Below are positions 39,877 to 47,184 of a DNA stretch of 64,000 nt, piece by piece. The notes beneath the pieces were generated by a model. That model had not been told where the DNA came from and did no database searches. It saw nothing but the letters and a program-made list of their open reading frames with translations. A program made the position numbers and the translations under genes. Source of the stretch: a virus; IMG/VR virus record IMGVR_UViG_3300024239_000121, positions 7,923 through 71,922 of that record; one strand, 5' to 3'. Positions within the stretch are counted from its first letter, which is position 1, and the number at the start of each line of letters is the position of its first letter.

Positions 39877-40121
39877 GCTGGTTAAGAGCGGTGCTGATCG
39901 CTGTTGATCAGTTGATCAATACGATATTGGCAGGTACTCCTGATGAAACATTGTCCAGTCGTGCCTACCGGTGCGGGGTATTGGATCAATCGCCTAAGCG
40001 CCGTTGGGTATTCGCACACACCTGGATCAATAGGCTGTTTTTCTGGCAGCCGGATCATTGTTTCCAGGCCTACGAGAGCGAAAGGACTCGCTCCCATTTA
40101 GTAAGCGGATTTACGCAATGA
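39873..40121 (+). CDS. Conserved small phage protein
   Basis: IAVDQLINTILAG.PDETLSSRAY..IN.LFFWQPDHC motif. Confidence 0.8.
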   Translation: MSWLRAVLIAVDQLINTILAGTPDETLSSRAYRCGVLDQSPKRRWVFAHTWINRLFFWQPDHCFQAYESERTRSHLVSGFTQ

Positions 40122-40157
40122 CACCACAGTCATCGCCTAAGTAAGATATAAACAAAC

Positions 40158-40184
40158 AAGCCCACTTCGGTGGGCTTTTTATTT
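40158..40184 (+). terminator. Rho-independent terminator
   Basis: AAGCCCAC-TTCG-GTGGGCTT followed by TTTATTT. Confidence 0.9.
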
Positions 40185-40258
40185 GAATGAATCAAATTAG
40201 TGTAACTCCAGCCAACATTGGATAATCCTCTCGTTCATCAACAAGGGGGGGTTATACA

Positions 40259-40594
40259 ATGACACTTGGACAGAAACAGCGGCACTTCACTCGTCTGGTT
40301 GGTTTGTTGATTGAGTACGCCTACCAGAACGGCTACGAACTGACCTTCGGTGATGCCTACCGTGATCCGAAGGTGCATGGTCAGTTCGGGGAAAAGAAGT
40401 CCTACAGTGCAGCCAAGAGCGTTCACAAACTTCGCCTGGCGGTGGACTTCAATCTGTTCAAGGATGGCAAGTACCTGACTGCTACCGAGGACTACACCAA
40501 GCTGGGCGAGTACTGGGAATCGCTGGGGGGCAGCTGGGGTGGTCGCTTCAACGATGGCAACCACTTCAGCCTGGAGCATGAGGGCTGCAAATGA
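40259..40594 (+). CDS. Endolysin, M15-family peptidase
   Basis: SVHKLRLAVD, WESLGGSWGGRF and DGNHFS zinc-peptidase motifs. Confidence 0.9.
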   Translation: MTLGQKQRHFTRLVGLLIEYAYQNGYELTFGDAYRDPKVHGQFGEKKSYSAAKSVHKLRLAVDFNLFKDGKYLTATEDYTKLGEYWESLGGSWGGRFNDGNHFSLEHEGCK

Positions 40595-41016
40595 GCATCC
40601 TGGGAGTGGTGCCTTCGCTACTGGAAGTCGGTAGCAAGCTGATCGACAAGCTGATCCCAGATCCAGAGGCGAAAGCCAAGGCTCAACTGGATCTCTTGTC
40701 GCTTCAGCAGAACGGGGACCTGAAGGAACTGGAGACGCGCATGTCGGCCATCATCGCTGAGGCCAGCAGCACTGATCCATGGACCAGTCGGGCACGTCCG
40801 TCCTTCCTCTACGTGTTCTACTTCGTGATCCTGAGCCTGACGGTTGTGGCTCCGGTGATCGGGGTGTTCAACCCGGATGCCATGGCGTTGTTCTTCGAGA
40901 ACGTAGGCAAGGGTTTCGCTGCCATTCCGGAAGATCTCTGGTTTACATTCACTGCAGGCTACTTAGGATATGCAGGCTTTAGGACAGTAGAAAAGACAAA
41001 GGGACTCTCCCGGTGA
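40591..41016 (+). CDS. Holin (GTA-type 3TM holin family)
   Basis: KLIDKLIPDP, DPWTSRARPSF, TM segments and GYLGY..RTVEK. Confidence 0.85.
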   Translation: MSILGVVPSLLEVGSKLIDKLIPDPEAKAKAQLDLLSLQQNGDLKELETRMSAIIAEASSTDPWTSRARPSFLYVFYFVILSLTVVAPVIGVFNPDAMALFFENVGKGFAAIPEDLWFTFTAGYLGYAGFRTVEKTKGLSR

Positions 41017-41591
41017 AAAACTGCTTGTGGTGTAACACCCCTTTTGAGCCAAGACGTAAGGATGCGTCTTGCTGCTCTCGTAAGTGCGCAAAAGCCCGAT
41101 CAGCTCATCTATGGAGAGATGCAAACAGGGAAAAGCATAGGGAGTACAGCTCAAATTATTACCAAAAAAACCAAGAGGCCTGCTACAAGACAAGCAGGGA
41201 GTGGATCTCGGCTAACAGAGGGAAGGCGTCGTCTTACAAAAGAGCATGGGAGGCAAGAAACCCAGAAGCCAGTAAGAGGTGCAAACGGAATTGGGAACTC
41301 CTCAATCCAGCGGCAATGGCGAAGAAGGCTGCCACTAGAAGGGCAGCCAAACGGAACGCCTGCGTCGCTCGTGGCTCGGAATATCACGAGTTCTTCATGC
41401 AGGAAATTTACTTAACCAGACAGGCACTTTCTATAGCTACTGGAGTTGTTCATCATGTGGATCACATAGTGCCGCTGATTAGTAAACACGTCTGTGGGCT
41501 GCATGTACCCCTCAATCTTAGGGTGATTCCTTGGTATGAGAACCTGTCCAAAGGTAACCGCTTGATACAAGCGATGGGTGTAGCTGCGTAG
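41013..41591 (+). CDS. HNH endonuclease
   Basis: N-terminal CxxC..CSxxC; HHVDHIVPL..VCGLH...NL..EN..KGN; lower GC. Confidence 0.88.
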   Translation: MKNCLWCNTPFEPRRKDASCCSRKCAKARSAHLWRDANREKHREYSSNYYQKNQEACYKTSREWISANRGKASSYKRAWEARNPEASKRCKRNWELLNPAAMAKKAATRRAAKRNACVARGSEYHEFFMQEIYLTRQALSIATGVVHHVDHIVPLISKHVCGLHVPLNLRVIPWYENLSKGNRLIQAMGVAA

Positions 41592-41630
41592 CCTAATCAA
41601 GGAGTGGAACCGGTGAGAAAAACTCACAGA

Positions 41631-41660
41631 AAAAAGCCCCGGATCTCGGGGCTTTTCTTT
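41631..41660. terminator. Bidirectional terminator
   Basis: AAAAAAGCCCCG-GATCT-CGGGGCTTTTCTTT. Confidence 0.85.
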
Positions 41661-41666
41661 GCCCAT

Positions 41667-41690
41667 TTCGGGCCACTTTTCGGGCCAATT
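41667..41690 (+). repeat. Integrase arm-type sites, left
   Basis: Tandem TTCGGGCCACTT and TTCGGGCCAATT. Confidence 0.75.
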
Positions 41691-41761
41691 GGGTGTTTTT
41701 GAGGGCTGTTGAGGGGCCTGCAGCCCAGTAAATACGTTCAACAGACCTCAAAAAAACCCAC

Positions 41762-41797
41762 CTAGAACTGCATGGTGATGTTGGCGGTAGAAATCAA
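41762..41797 (-). other. attP core resembling the 5' end of a host YbiT-type ABC-F gene
   Basis: TTG ATT TCT ACC GCC AAC ATC ACC ATG CAG TTC TAG = MISTANITMQF*; 29 bp from the int stop; flanked by arm repeats. Confidence 0.8.
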
Positions 41798-41825
41798 GGT
41801 GCTCTATCTCGTGGGTTTCAGAGGG

Positions 41826-43013
41826 TTAGGTTTCGCTTCGGGCCAATTTCGGGGCAATTTTCAATTTCCCCATCTCGTTCCAGTCACCCTCACCATCGAT
41901 CCAGCGTGCGTATCGAGAGAGGAGAATTTGTAACGAATGGCCGAGCTGTTTGGCGATGAAGGCAGGAGTCATTCCAGCCATCAGGCACATGGTTGCGTAC
42001 GTGTGGCGCGCATTGTACGGAGGCCGGTAACGAATACCCAGCGCCTTCAGGGTTGGACGCCACTGATGGTGCAGGTCACTCGTCTGTTGGATGAACTGAT
42101 GCCCCTTGCTGGGCGGGAAGCAGTGAGGGAATTCCTTGATCCTTCCCGATCCCTTGGCTCGCCGTTCGGCATACGCCTTGGCGAACTCCAGGGCATGCAC
42201 AGCCCGGTCATTGAGCAGCACGTACCGATCCTTCTTGGTCTTGGTTCGGTCTTCCACTTCCTTGAGGGCAACTGTCCGACGAACCAGCACACGACGCTTC
42301 TCCAGCTCGACGGAATCCCACTGCAGTGCAGCGATCTCACCCAGGCGCATGCCTGTGTAGAAGGCGAACTCGAAGAAGGCAGCGTAGATACCACTTGGCC
42401 AGTGCTCGGTGGCATACAGCCTGTCGATGATCAGATCAGCCTCTTCCTGAGAGAACGGATCGATGGTCTTTTCCTTGGGACGGGGAATGTCCAGATCGAC
42501 CATGGGGTTCTCGGCGATGAGCTTGTCGCTCACAGCCGATTCCAGGATGGTGCTCAGCTTGTTCATCGCATTGGCTTTGACGCCATCGGTGGTCCAGGGA
42601 ATGCGTACCACCAGCTCACGCATGAATGCCGTGGTCAGGGCCGTGATCGGCGTGGTGGCCAGGTACTTCATCCACCAGTGGTTGAGCACTGACCGGTAGT
42701 TGACCCGTGTGCCCTCAGCCAGCTCACGGCTATCGAGCCAGACCTGAGCGTACTGACCGAAGGTGTAGCTGACGGCAGCCATGGAATTGGTGGAGTTGGG
42801 GAACAGCTCGGCATAGGCCTCGGGGGTGAGGGTGCCGTGCTTGGCCATCTGGACTACTTTATCTCGTAGACGGGATGCAGCCGTGATCCCCGCTTGCGTC
42901 GTGGGGTAGTCAAGGGTCTCGGAGCAGCGTTTTCCGTTCCAACTGAATCGGATACGGAGCGCACCGTAATGGAGTTCAACTCCTGTGGGCAGTGCCACTG
43001 GCTTTCTTGCCAT
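41826..43013 (-). CDS. int: Tyrosine integrase with N-terminal arm-binding (DUF3596-like) domain
   Basis: TGMRLGEI, YNARHTYAT, IAKQLGH and YARW catalytic motifs; N-terminal LRIRFSWNGKRCSETL. Confidence 0.95.
   Translation of the reverse strand: MARKPVALPTGVELHYGALRIRFSWNGKRCSETLDYPTTQAGITAASRLRDKVVQMAKHGTLTPEAYAELFPNSTNSMAAVSYTFGQYAQVWLDSRELAEGTRVNYRSVLNHWWMKYLATTPITALTTAFMRELVVRIPWTTDGVKANAMNKLSTILESAVSDKLIAENPMVDLDIPRPKEKTIDPFSQEEADLIIDRLYATEHWPSGIYAAFFEFAFYTGMRLGEIAALQWDSVELEKRRVLVRRTVALKEVEDRTKTKKDRYVLLNDRAVHALEFAKAYAERRAKGSGRIKEFPHCFPPSKGHQFIQQTSDLHHQWRPTLKALGIRYRPPYNARHTYATMCLMAGMTPAFIAKQLGHSLQILLSRYARWIDGEGDWNEMGKLKIAPKLARSET
41837..41859 (+). repeat. Integrase arm-type sites, right (inside the int 3' end)
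   Basis: TTCGGGCCAATT and TTCGGGGCAATT. Confidence 0.75.
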
Positions 43014-43204
43014 GTTTCAAACCTCGATCGGCTGTAGTAAATGCGGCCATTCATGCGGTTCCAGACCCCTTCAGGGATCTGCTTCCTTGCTCTTCTGGCT
43101 TCCAGAGAGCGGTCGGTGGTGCCCAGAATTTCAGCCATCTGCTGCTCGGTTACCTTGTCGGGATACCATTCTGGGAGTTCCTTGATCTGCTTTTCTACGG
43201 ACAT
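42854..43204 (-). CDS. xis: Excisionase-like winged-helix protein overlapping the int 5' end
   Basis: EQQMAEILGTT.RSL..RR..IPEGVW..GRIYY; directly upstream of int. Confidence 0.75.
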   Translation of the reverse strand: MSVEKQIKELPEWYPDKVTEQQMAEILGTTDRSLEARRARKQIPEGVWNRMNGRIYYSRSRFETWQESQWHCPQELNSITVRSVSDSVGTENAAPRPLTTPRRKRGSRLHPVYEIK

Positions 43205-43208
43205 GACG

Positions 43209-43245
43209 AATCCTTCCCCTGGTCGAGCCAGGGGAATGCAAGGAT
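43209..43245 (-). promoter_or_regulatory. Hairpin sequestering the xis RBS
   Basis: UUCCCCUGG-CUCGA-CCAGGGGAA, extendable by AUCC/GGAU, ending 5 nt before the AUG. Confidence 0.6.
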
Positions 43246-43264
43246 GTTGTGGGGGAGTGGGGTG

Positions 43265-43708
43265 TTACTGAATCAGTTCAGAGGGGATCTGAACGGTGTC
43301 ACCGAGCTTGCTAGCAACGAGGCAGCGCATGGCGGCGATGAGTGGTGTGGGGCCGTAGGAGTGCTCGCTTCGGCCACGATTCATGCACGCACGCCAATCC
43401 GGAGAGGCGTCCTTGAATCGGCTGGCCTGCTCAGCGCTCAGGTTGCAGAACACCTCGATGCCGTGCTGCTCGATCAGCGGCCCGCCCTGGTTCCAGTCGG
43501 TGGATGGTGAGCGCCAGTACCGCCCAAGATGCTGGTCGTATCCCATCTGGCGAGGGCCAACTATGCATACGTCATATTGAGTCGCGGAAATTTTGCGTCT
43601 CAGCTGACCATCCTGTGGGCGGTCGCTTTCCCAACCTTCGGCAACCAGCACCACCCAGTCCAGCGCCGGCCCGATAAGCTCGGCGGTTTTCACTTCAACT
43701 TGGTTCAT
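43265..43708 (-). CDS. NinX/DUF2591-like phage protein
   Basis: VKTAELIGPALDW.V, PSTDWNQGGPLI, GPTPLIAAMRCLV.SKLGD motifs. Confidence 0.85.
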   Translation of the reverse strand: MNQVEVKTAELIGPALDWVVLVAEGWESDRPQDGQLRRKISATQYDVCIVGPRQMGYDQHLGRYWRSPSTDWNQGGPLIEQHGIEVFCNLSAEQASRFKDASPDWRACMNRGRSEHSYGPTPLIAAMRCLVASKLGDTVQIPSELIQ

Positions 43709-44195
43709 CGGATGCCTCCTTCGCAGCCATGGCGGCACGAACGCACCCCATATGCTCTCTATGGTGAGTCATGTACCCACATCCCTCGCATCGAATCTCT
43801 GCCATGCGTGCGACGTTTGCAACCATGCTCGGGAAGTCATCCCCTCCCACGATCTGCCGCACATCGGATAGATAACCCATAGCTGTGCGGTCATTCGCTT
43901 GCGACTCGGCCAGCTGGCCGCGCAGCGCCTCGATCTCGTCTCGCAGCCTATCCCGCTCGGCGGTCACGGCTGACAGGTCAGAACGCAGTTGCTCGACCAG
44001 TCGCTTTGAATGCCGAGCGATCTCGAAGCCCTCAGGGTCTTCTGGCTTGGCGAGGATGGCGCGAAGTTCTGCCCACGCCCTGTCTAGTCGATCTGATGCG
44101 TCCAACGTAAATGACGCAGACCCTTCGCGCCCCATATCAGCATCAGCGCGCATGAGCCGCTCCAGCAGATCCCGATCAACCAATACCTTACTCAT
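43695..44195 (-). CDS. Temperate-phage accessory protein (coiled coil)
   Basis: MSKVLVDRDLLERL start with AAGGAG RBS; VTAERDRLR; C-terminal CEGC..C. Confidence 0.7.
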   Translation of the reverse strand: MSKVLVDRDLLERLMRADADMGREGSASFTLDASDRLDRAWAELRAILAKPEDPEGFEIARHSKRLVEQLRSDLSAVTAERDRLRDEIEALRGQLAESQANDRTAMGYLSDVRQIVGGDDFPSMVANVARMAEIRCEGCGYMTHHREHMGCVRAAMAAKEASDEPS

Positions 44196-44814
44196 GGCTT
44201 TCTCCTTGGGCTGATAGGGCGGCGCGGATGGCGTCACGGTCGGCGGTGACTTCGTTTCGCCCGCACGAATGGCCTGACTCGCACTCGCAGCAATTCAGCT
44301 CAAGCCAGTCAGTCAAGCGGCGCTCGATTCGCTCCAGGCGTGTGCGGGGAAGGGATAGCCCACTCGGCTCCGGCTGCGGGGCGGTCTGCTCTACCCGCGC
44401 AATCAACTTCTCGATCACCTCGCGCGCCAGCCCACCGATACCGTGCGGTGCGAGTGATCCCTTTTCATCTAGTGCAAGCAGCGCTTTTGCGCTCTTGATT
44501 AGTGTGTCACTGGTCGTGCCCTGCGGGGCGGTCTGCGCGATGGGGGCGGCGTAGATCTCGCGCACCGGCCAGCCTTTGGCGCGCCAACGGTCGGCAACTA
44601 CCTGGTCGTATGTCGTTGCGGACTTGTCGGTCAGGTAGTCCTCGGTGACCCAGCCGAAGGGCTGCTGCTCGGCCTGCGCCGGGGCTGGCTCGGCCTGCTG
44701 GGATAGGGCGGTGTCAATACTCGCCGCCAGCTTTGGATACCCTACTTCCCTGACGATCATGCGGCAGTCACGCAGTAGCTCACGAAGCCTTTTATTTTCC
44801 TGTTCCGATGTCAT
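44188..44814 (-). CDS. Temperate-phage accessory protein
   Basis: AALSQ/AEPAP/QPFGW/AAPIAQTAPQ modular pattern typical of lambdoid early-left genes. Confidence 0.7.
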   Translation of the reverse strand: MTSEQENKRLRELLRDCRMIVREVGYPKLAASIDTALSQQAEPAPAQAEQQPFGWVTEDYLTDKSATTYDQVVADRWRAKGWPVREIYAAPIAQTAPQGTTSDTLIKSAKALLALDEKGSLAPHGIGGLAREVIEKLIARVEQTAPQPEPSGLSLPRTRLERIERRLTDWLELNCCECESGHSCGRNEVTADRDAIRAALSAQGESHE

Positions 44815-44815
44815 C

Positions 44816-45511
44816 TCACACCTCGATGGGTTTACGAACTTTTTGCCACCCTCTGCAATTGGCGCATTGCAGCAGTTCGGTGGATTGGTAGAACACGGCT
44901 CCGGTGCCTTGCAGCTTGTGGTCGCAACGGCAGAGCTTGGGTTGGGTTTCCTGAGAGAAGACCTTTACCTGCTCGATGAATCGGGTGAATTCTTCGCCCT
45001 GGTAGGCTTCCTCAACCTTCAGGTACAGATCTTCGAGCGAACCGTTGTTCTCGATGGTCTTCAGTGGCCAGCGACCCCAGTCAGCTGTTTCGCTGCTGTG
45101 CGGATTGACCTGCTCCGAGGTGTTACGAGACACGAACCAGAGTTCGCCACCGTGCTTGAGGATCATGTTCGCCTCGTTGTAGAAGCGAACGTCGCTGATC
45201 ACCAGCGGAAGGTTGAACTCCACGGCGTTCTTGACCTTCTGCTCGGCCAACATCACCCAGAGTTCCGGATGCACCTGGTTCCGGCCCCATTCAGTCCCGA
45301 GGGTCTGCATGAGTTGACGGGGTGACTTGCCGAGCCAGTCGATCGGTTTCTCACGATCACCGTCACGGAACAGGTCACCAAAGGCGACTTCCAGCATCTC
45401 CTTCACGGGGTCAGCGAAGGCGATGTGGGCGAACATGTGGCGTCTGGCCAGGTAGCCGGCCACGGTGTCTTTGCCACTACGGGCACGGCCAATCAAGCCG
45501 ATGAGTTTCAT
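44816..45511 (-). CDS. Deoxynucleoside monophosphate kinase
   Basis: LIGRARSGKDT, FADPVK, PRQLMQTLGTEWGR, SDVRF.NE and HSSE motifs. Confidence 0.92.
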   Translation of the reverse strand: MKLIGLIGRARSGKDTVAGYLARRHMFAHIAFADPVKEMLEVAFGDLFRDGDREKPIDWLGKSPRQLMQTLGTEWGRNQVHPELWVMLAEQKVKNAVEFNLPLVISDVRFYNEANMILKHGGELWFVSRNTSEQVNPHSSETADWGRWPLKTIENNGSLEDLYLKVEEAYQGEEFTRFIEQVKVFSQETQPKLCRCDHKLQGTGAVFYQSTELLQCANCRGWQKVRKPIEV

Positions 45512-45554
45512 GGATTGCTCCTGAGGGGAAAGTCCGCGTCCTTGCGGAGAGTGA

Positions 45555-47174
45555 TCAGGCTGCGGAGAGAATCTGCTTCTCTTCAGCCTCGGTAACACCC
45601 AGAGCCGACCAGCTCTTCTTGGCTGCCTTCTTGATCGAGACGATGTTGGAGGCATTGGTCTTGATGCCGGCAGTGATCAGGGCACGGATGCGCTCACGGG
45701 GAGTGCCAGTGGCGACCGGTGCAGCTTTCTTGGCTTTGGCTGCAGGGACGACGGCTTCAACACCGTTGGCGATGGCAGTGATGCTGGCCACCTGGCTTTC
45801 GGAGATACCCAGCTTGTCCCAGCTGACCTTGGCGGCCTTCTTGAATGCTAGGAGTTCCTTGGCCTTCTGGATCTGCACCTTGCCGGTCTTGCCTTCCAGC
45901 ACAGCCTTGAGCAGGGTTTCCGCTTGCTGCTGACGACCCGACTTGCGCTCGGTGACCACTTGCTTGGCTACCTTGGCTGCGTCGACGCTGGTGCCTTCCT
46001 TGGCAACTTCCGGCAGCTCGTCGAGCGAGACAGCCTGCGTGGTCTCTTCCATGACCACTTCGGTGGCTTCAGCAACTGGGGTGATGATCAGTCCACCCCC
46101 GTACTGCTCGGTGATTTCCACGGTCTCCAACACACCGACGTGGTTGCCTGCAGCTGCGTTGCCCAGCAGCACGGTGTCCTTCATCGGACGGTTGCTGCAC
46201 ACCAGGTCGGCGTCTTCCTTCGAGAGCTGAGCAATGATGTGGTAGCCCTTGGCACGCAGCTTCCGTGGATCACGATGAGGCACAGCGATCACGTCTTCCG
46301 GTGCCAGCTTGGCCAGCACACAGACGTTGCCACTGAAGCTGCTCAGGTAATCCCGGCGAGCCACATGCAGGCCGTTGGAACACTCGGTGTGGCGATCCGG
46401 ATCAACCAGGTCCTCGCTCATGAAGACCTTGCTGCCGACCTTCTGCTTGACGTTCTTGGAGTGGCAGTCGACGAACACGCCTTCTTCGTTGGTGGACTGC
46501 AGACGCTTGTACACCAGCACGGTGCCGTCGTCAGCGATCGGCAGTTCGCCTTTCTCCATGAAGGTCAGCAGATCCTGTACCGAGTGACGCCGCTGGACCT
46601 TGGAGACGCGCTCGAAGAAGTTCTTCACGCCTTCGGCACTGCCCAGCTTGCTGGCTACCGCCTGGATCTGCACATCGATCTTCTCGATGCCTGGGATGAT
46701 TCCACCGGAGGAGGTCACAGCCACCACGGTCTCATCTTCACCCAGCGGAGCGTGGAACTCCGGAGAGCTGACCGGTGTGGCATTGGCCATGATCTCGGCC
46801 ACAGCAGCCTGGCTGGCCGTCTGCGGTGCAGCAGCTTGAGCCACGTCACCGACTGCGATCGGAGCAACCGGTGCAGCCGAATCCAGATCAGCGAACTTGC
46901 TGAACATGTCCTCGATGGTGTTCTTGAACATGCGGAAGAACTGCACGAAGCCCCCCATACCGGCTTGGGCTTCGTTGTAGTGGTTGCTGATGGCGAGATC
47001 TTCGGCGGTCAGGTCGCAGAATTTGTCTGCTTCCAGTGCCGGGATCACTTTGTCCACCAGGGGACGGATACGGCTGTCGCCCTGGGGAACCAGGATGGTG
47101 GTGCCATCCTGTTTGTAGAGGGTAAGTCGCTGGGTATCGACTACGGCAGCGATGATACGAATAACTTCAGACAT
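45555..47174 (-). CDS. rIIB: rIIB-like protein
   Basis: LPIADDGTVLVYK, CSNGLHVA and PEDVIAVP..KLR motifs. Confidence 0.9.
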   Translation of the reverse strand: MSEVIRIIAAVVDTQRLTLYKQDGTTILVPQGDSRIRPLVDKVIPALEADKFCDLTAEDLAISNHYNEAQAGMGGFVQFFRMFKNTIEDMFSKFADLDSAAPVAPIAVGDVAQAAAPQTASQAAVAEIMANATPVSSPEFHAPLGEDETVVAVTSSGGIIPGIEKIDVQIQAVASKLGSAEGVKNFFERVSKVQRRHSVQDLLTFMEKGELPIADDGTVLVYKRLQSTNEEGVFVDCHSKNVKQKVGSKVFMSEDLVDPDRHTECSNGLHVARRDYLSSFSGNVCVLAKLAPEDVIAVPHRDPRKLRAKGYHIIAQLSKEDADLVCSNRPMKDTVLLGNAAAGNHVGVLETVEITEQYGGGLIITPVAEATEVVMEETTQAVSLDELPEVAKEGTSVDAAKVAKQVVTERKSGRQQQAETLLKAVLEGKTGKVQIQKAKELLAFKKAAKVSWDKLGISESQVASITAIANGVEAVVPAAKAKKAAPVATGTPRERIRALITAGIKTNASNIVSIKKAAKKSWSALGVTEAEEKQILSAA

Positions 47175-47184
47175 GATTGTTCCT

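Noticed and set aside
41667-41859. Short direct repeats as a CRISPR-like array
   Set aside because: They are 12-bp units with no spacers, in two clusters around the att core, so arm-type sites fit better.
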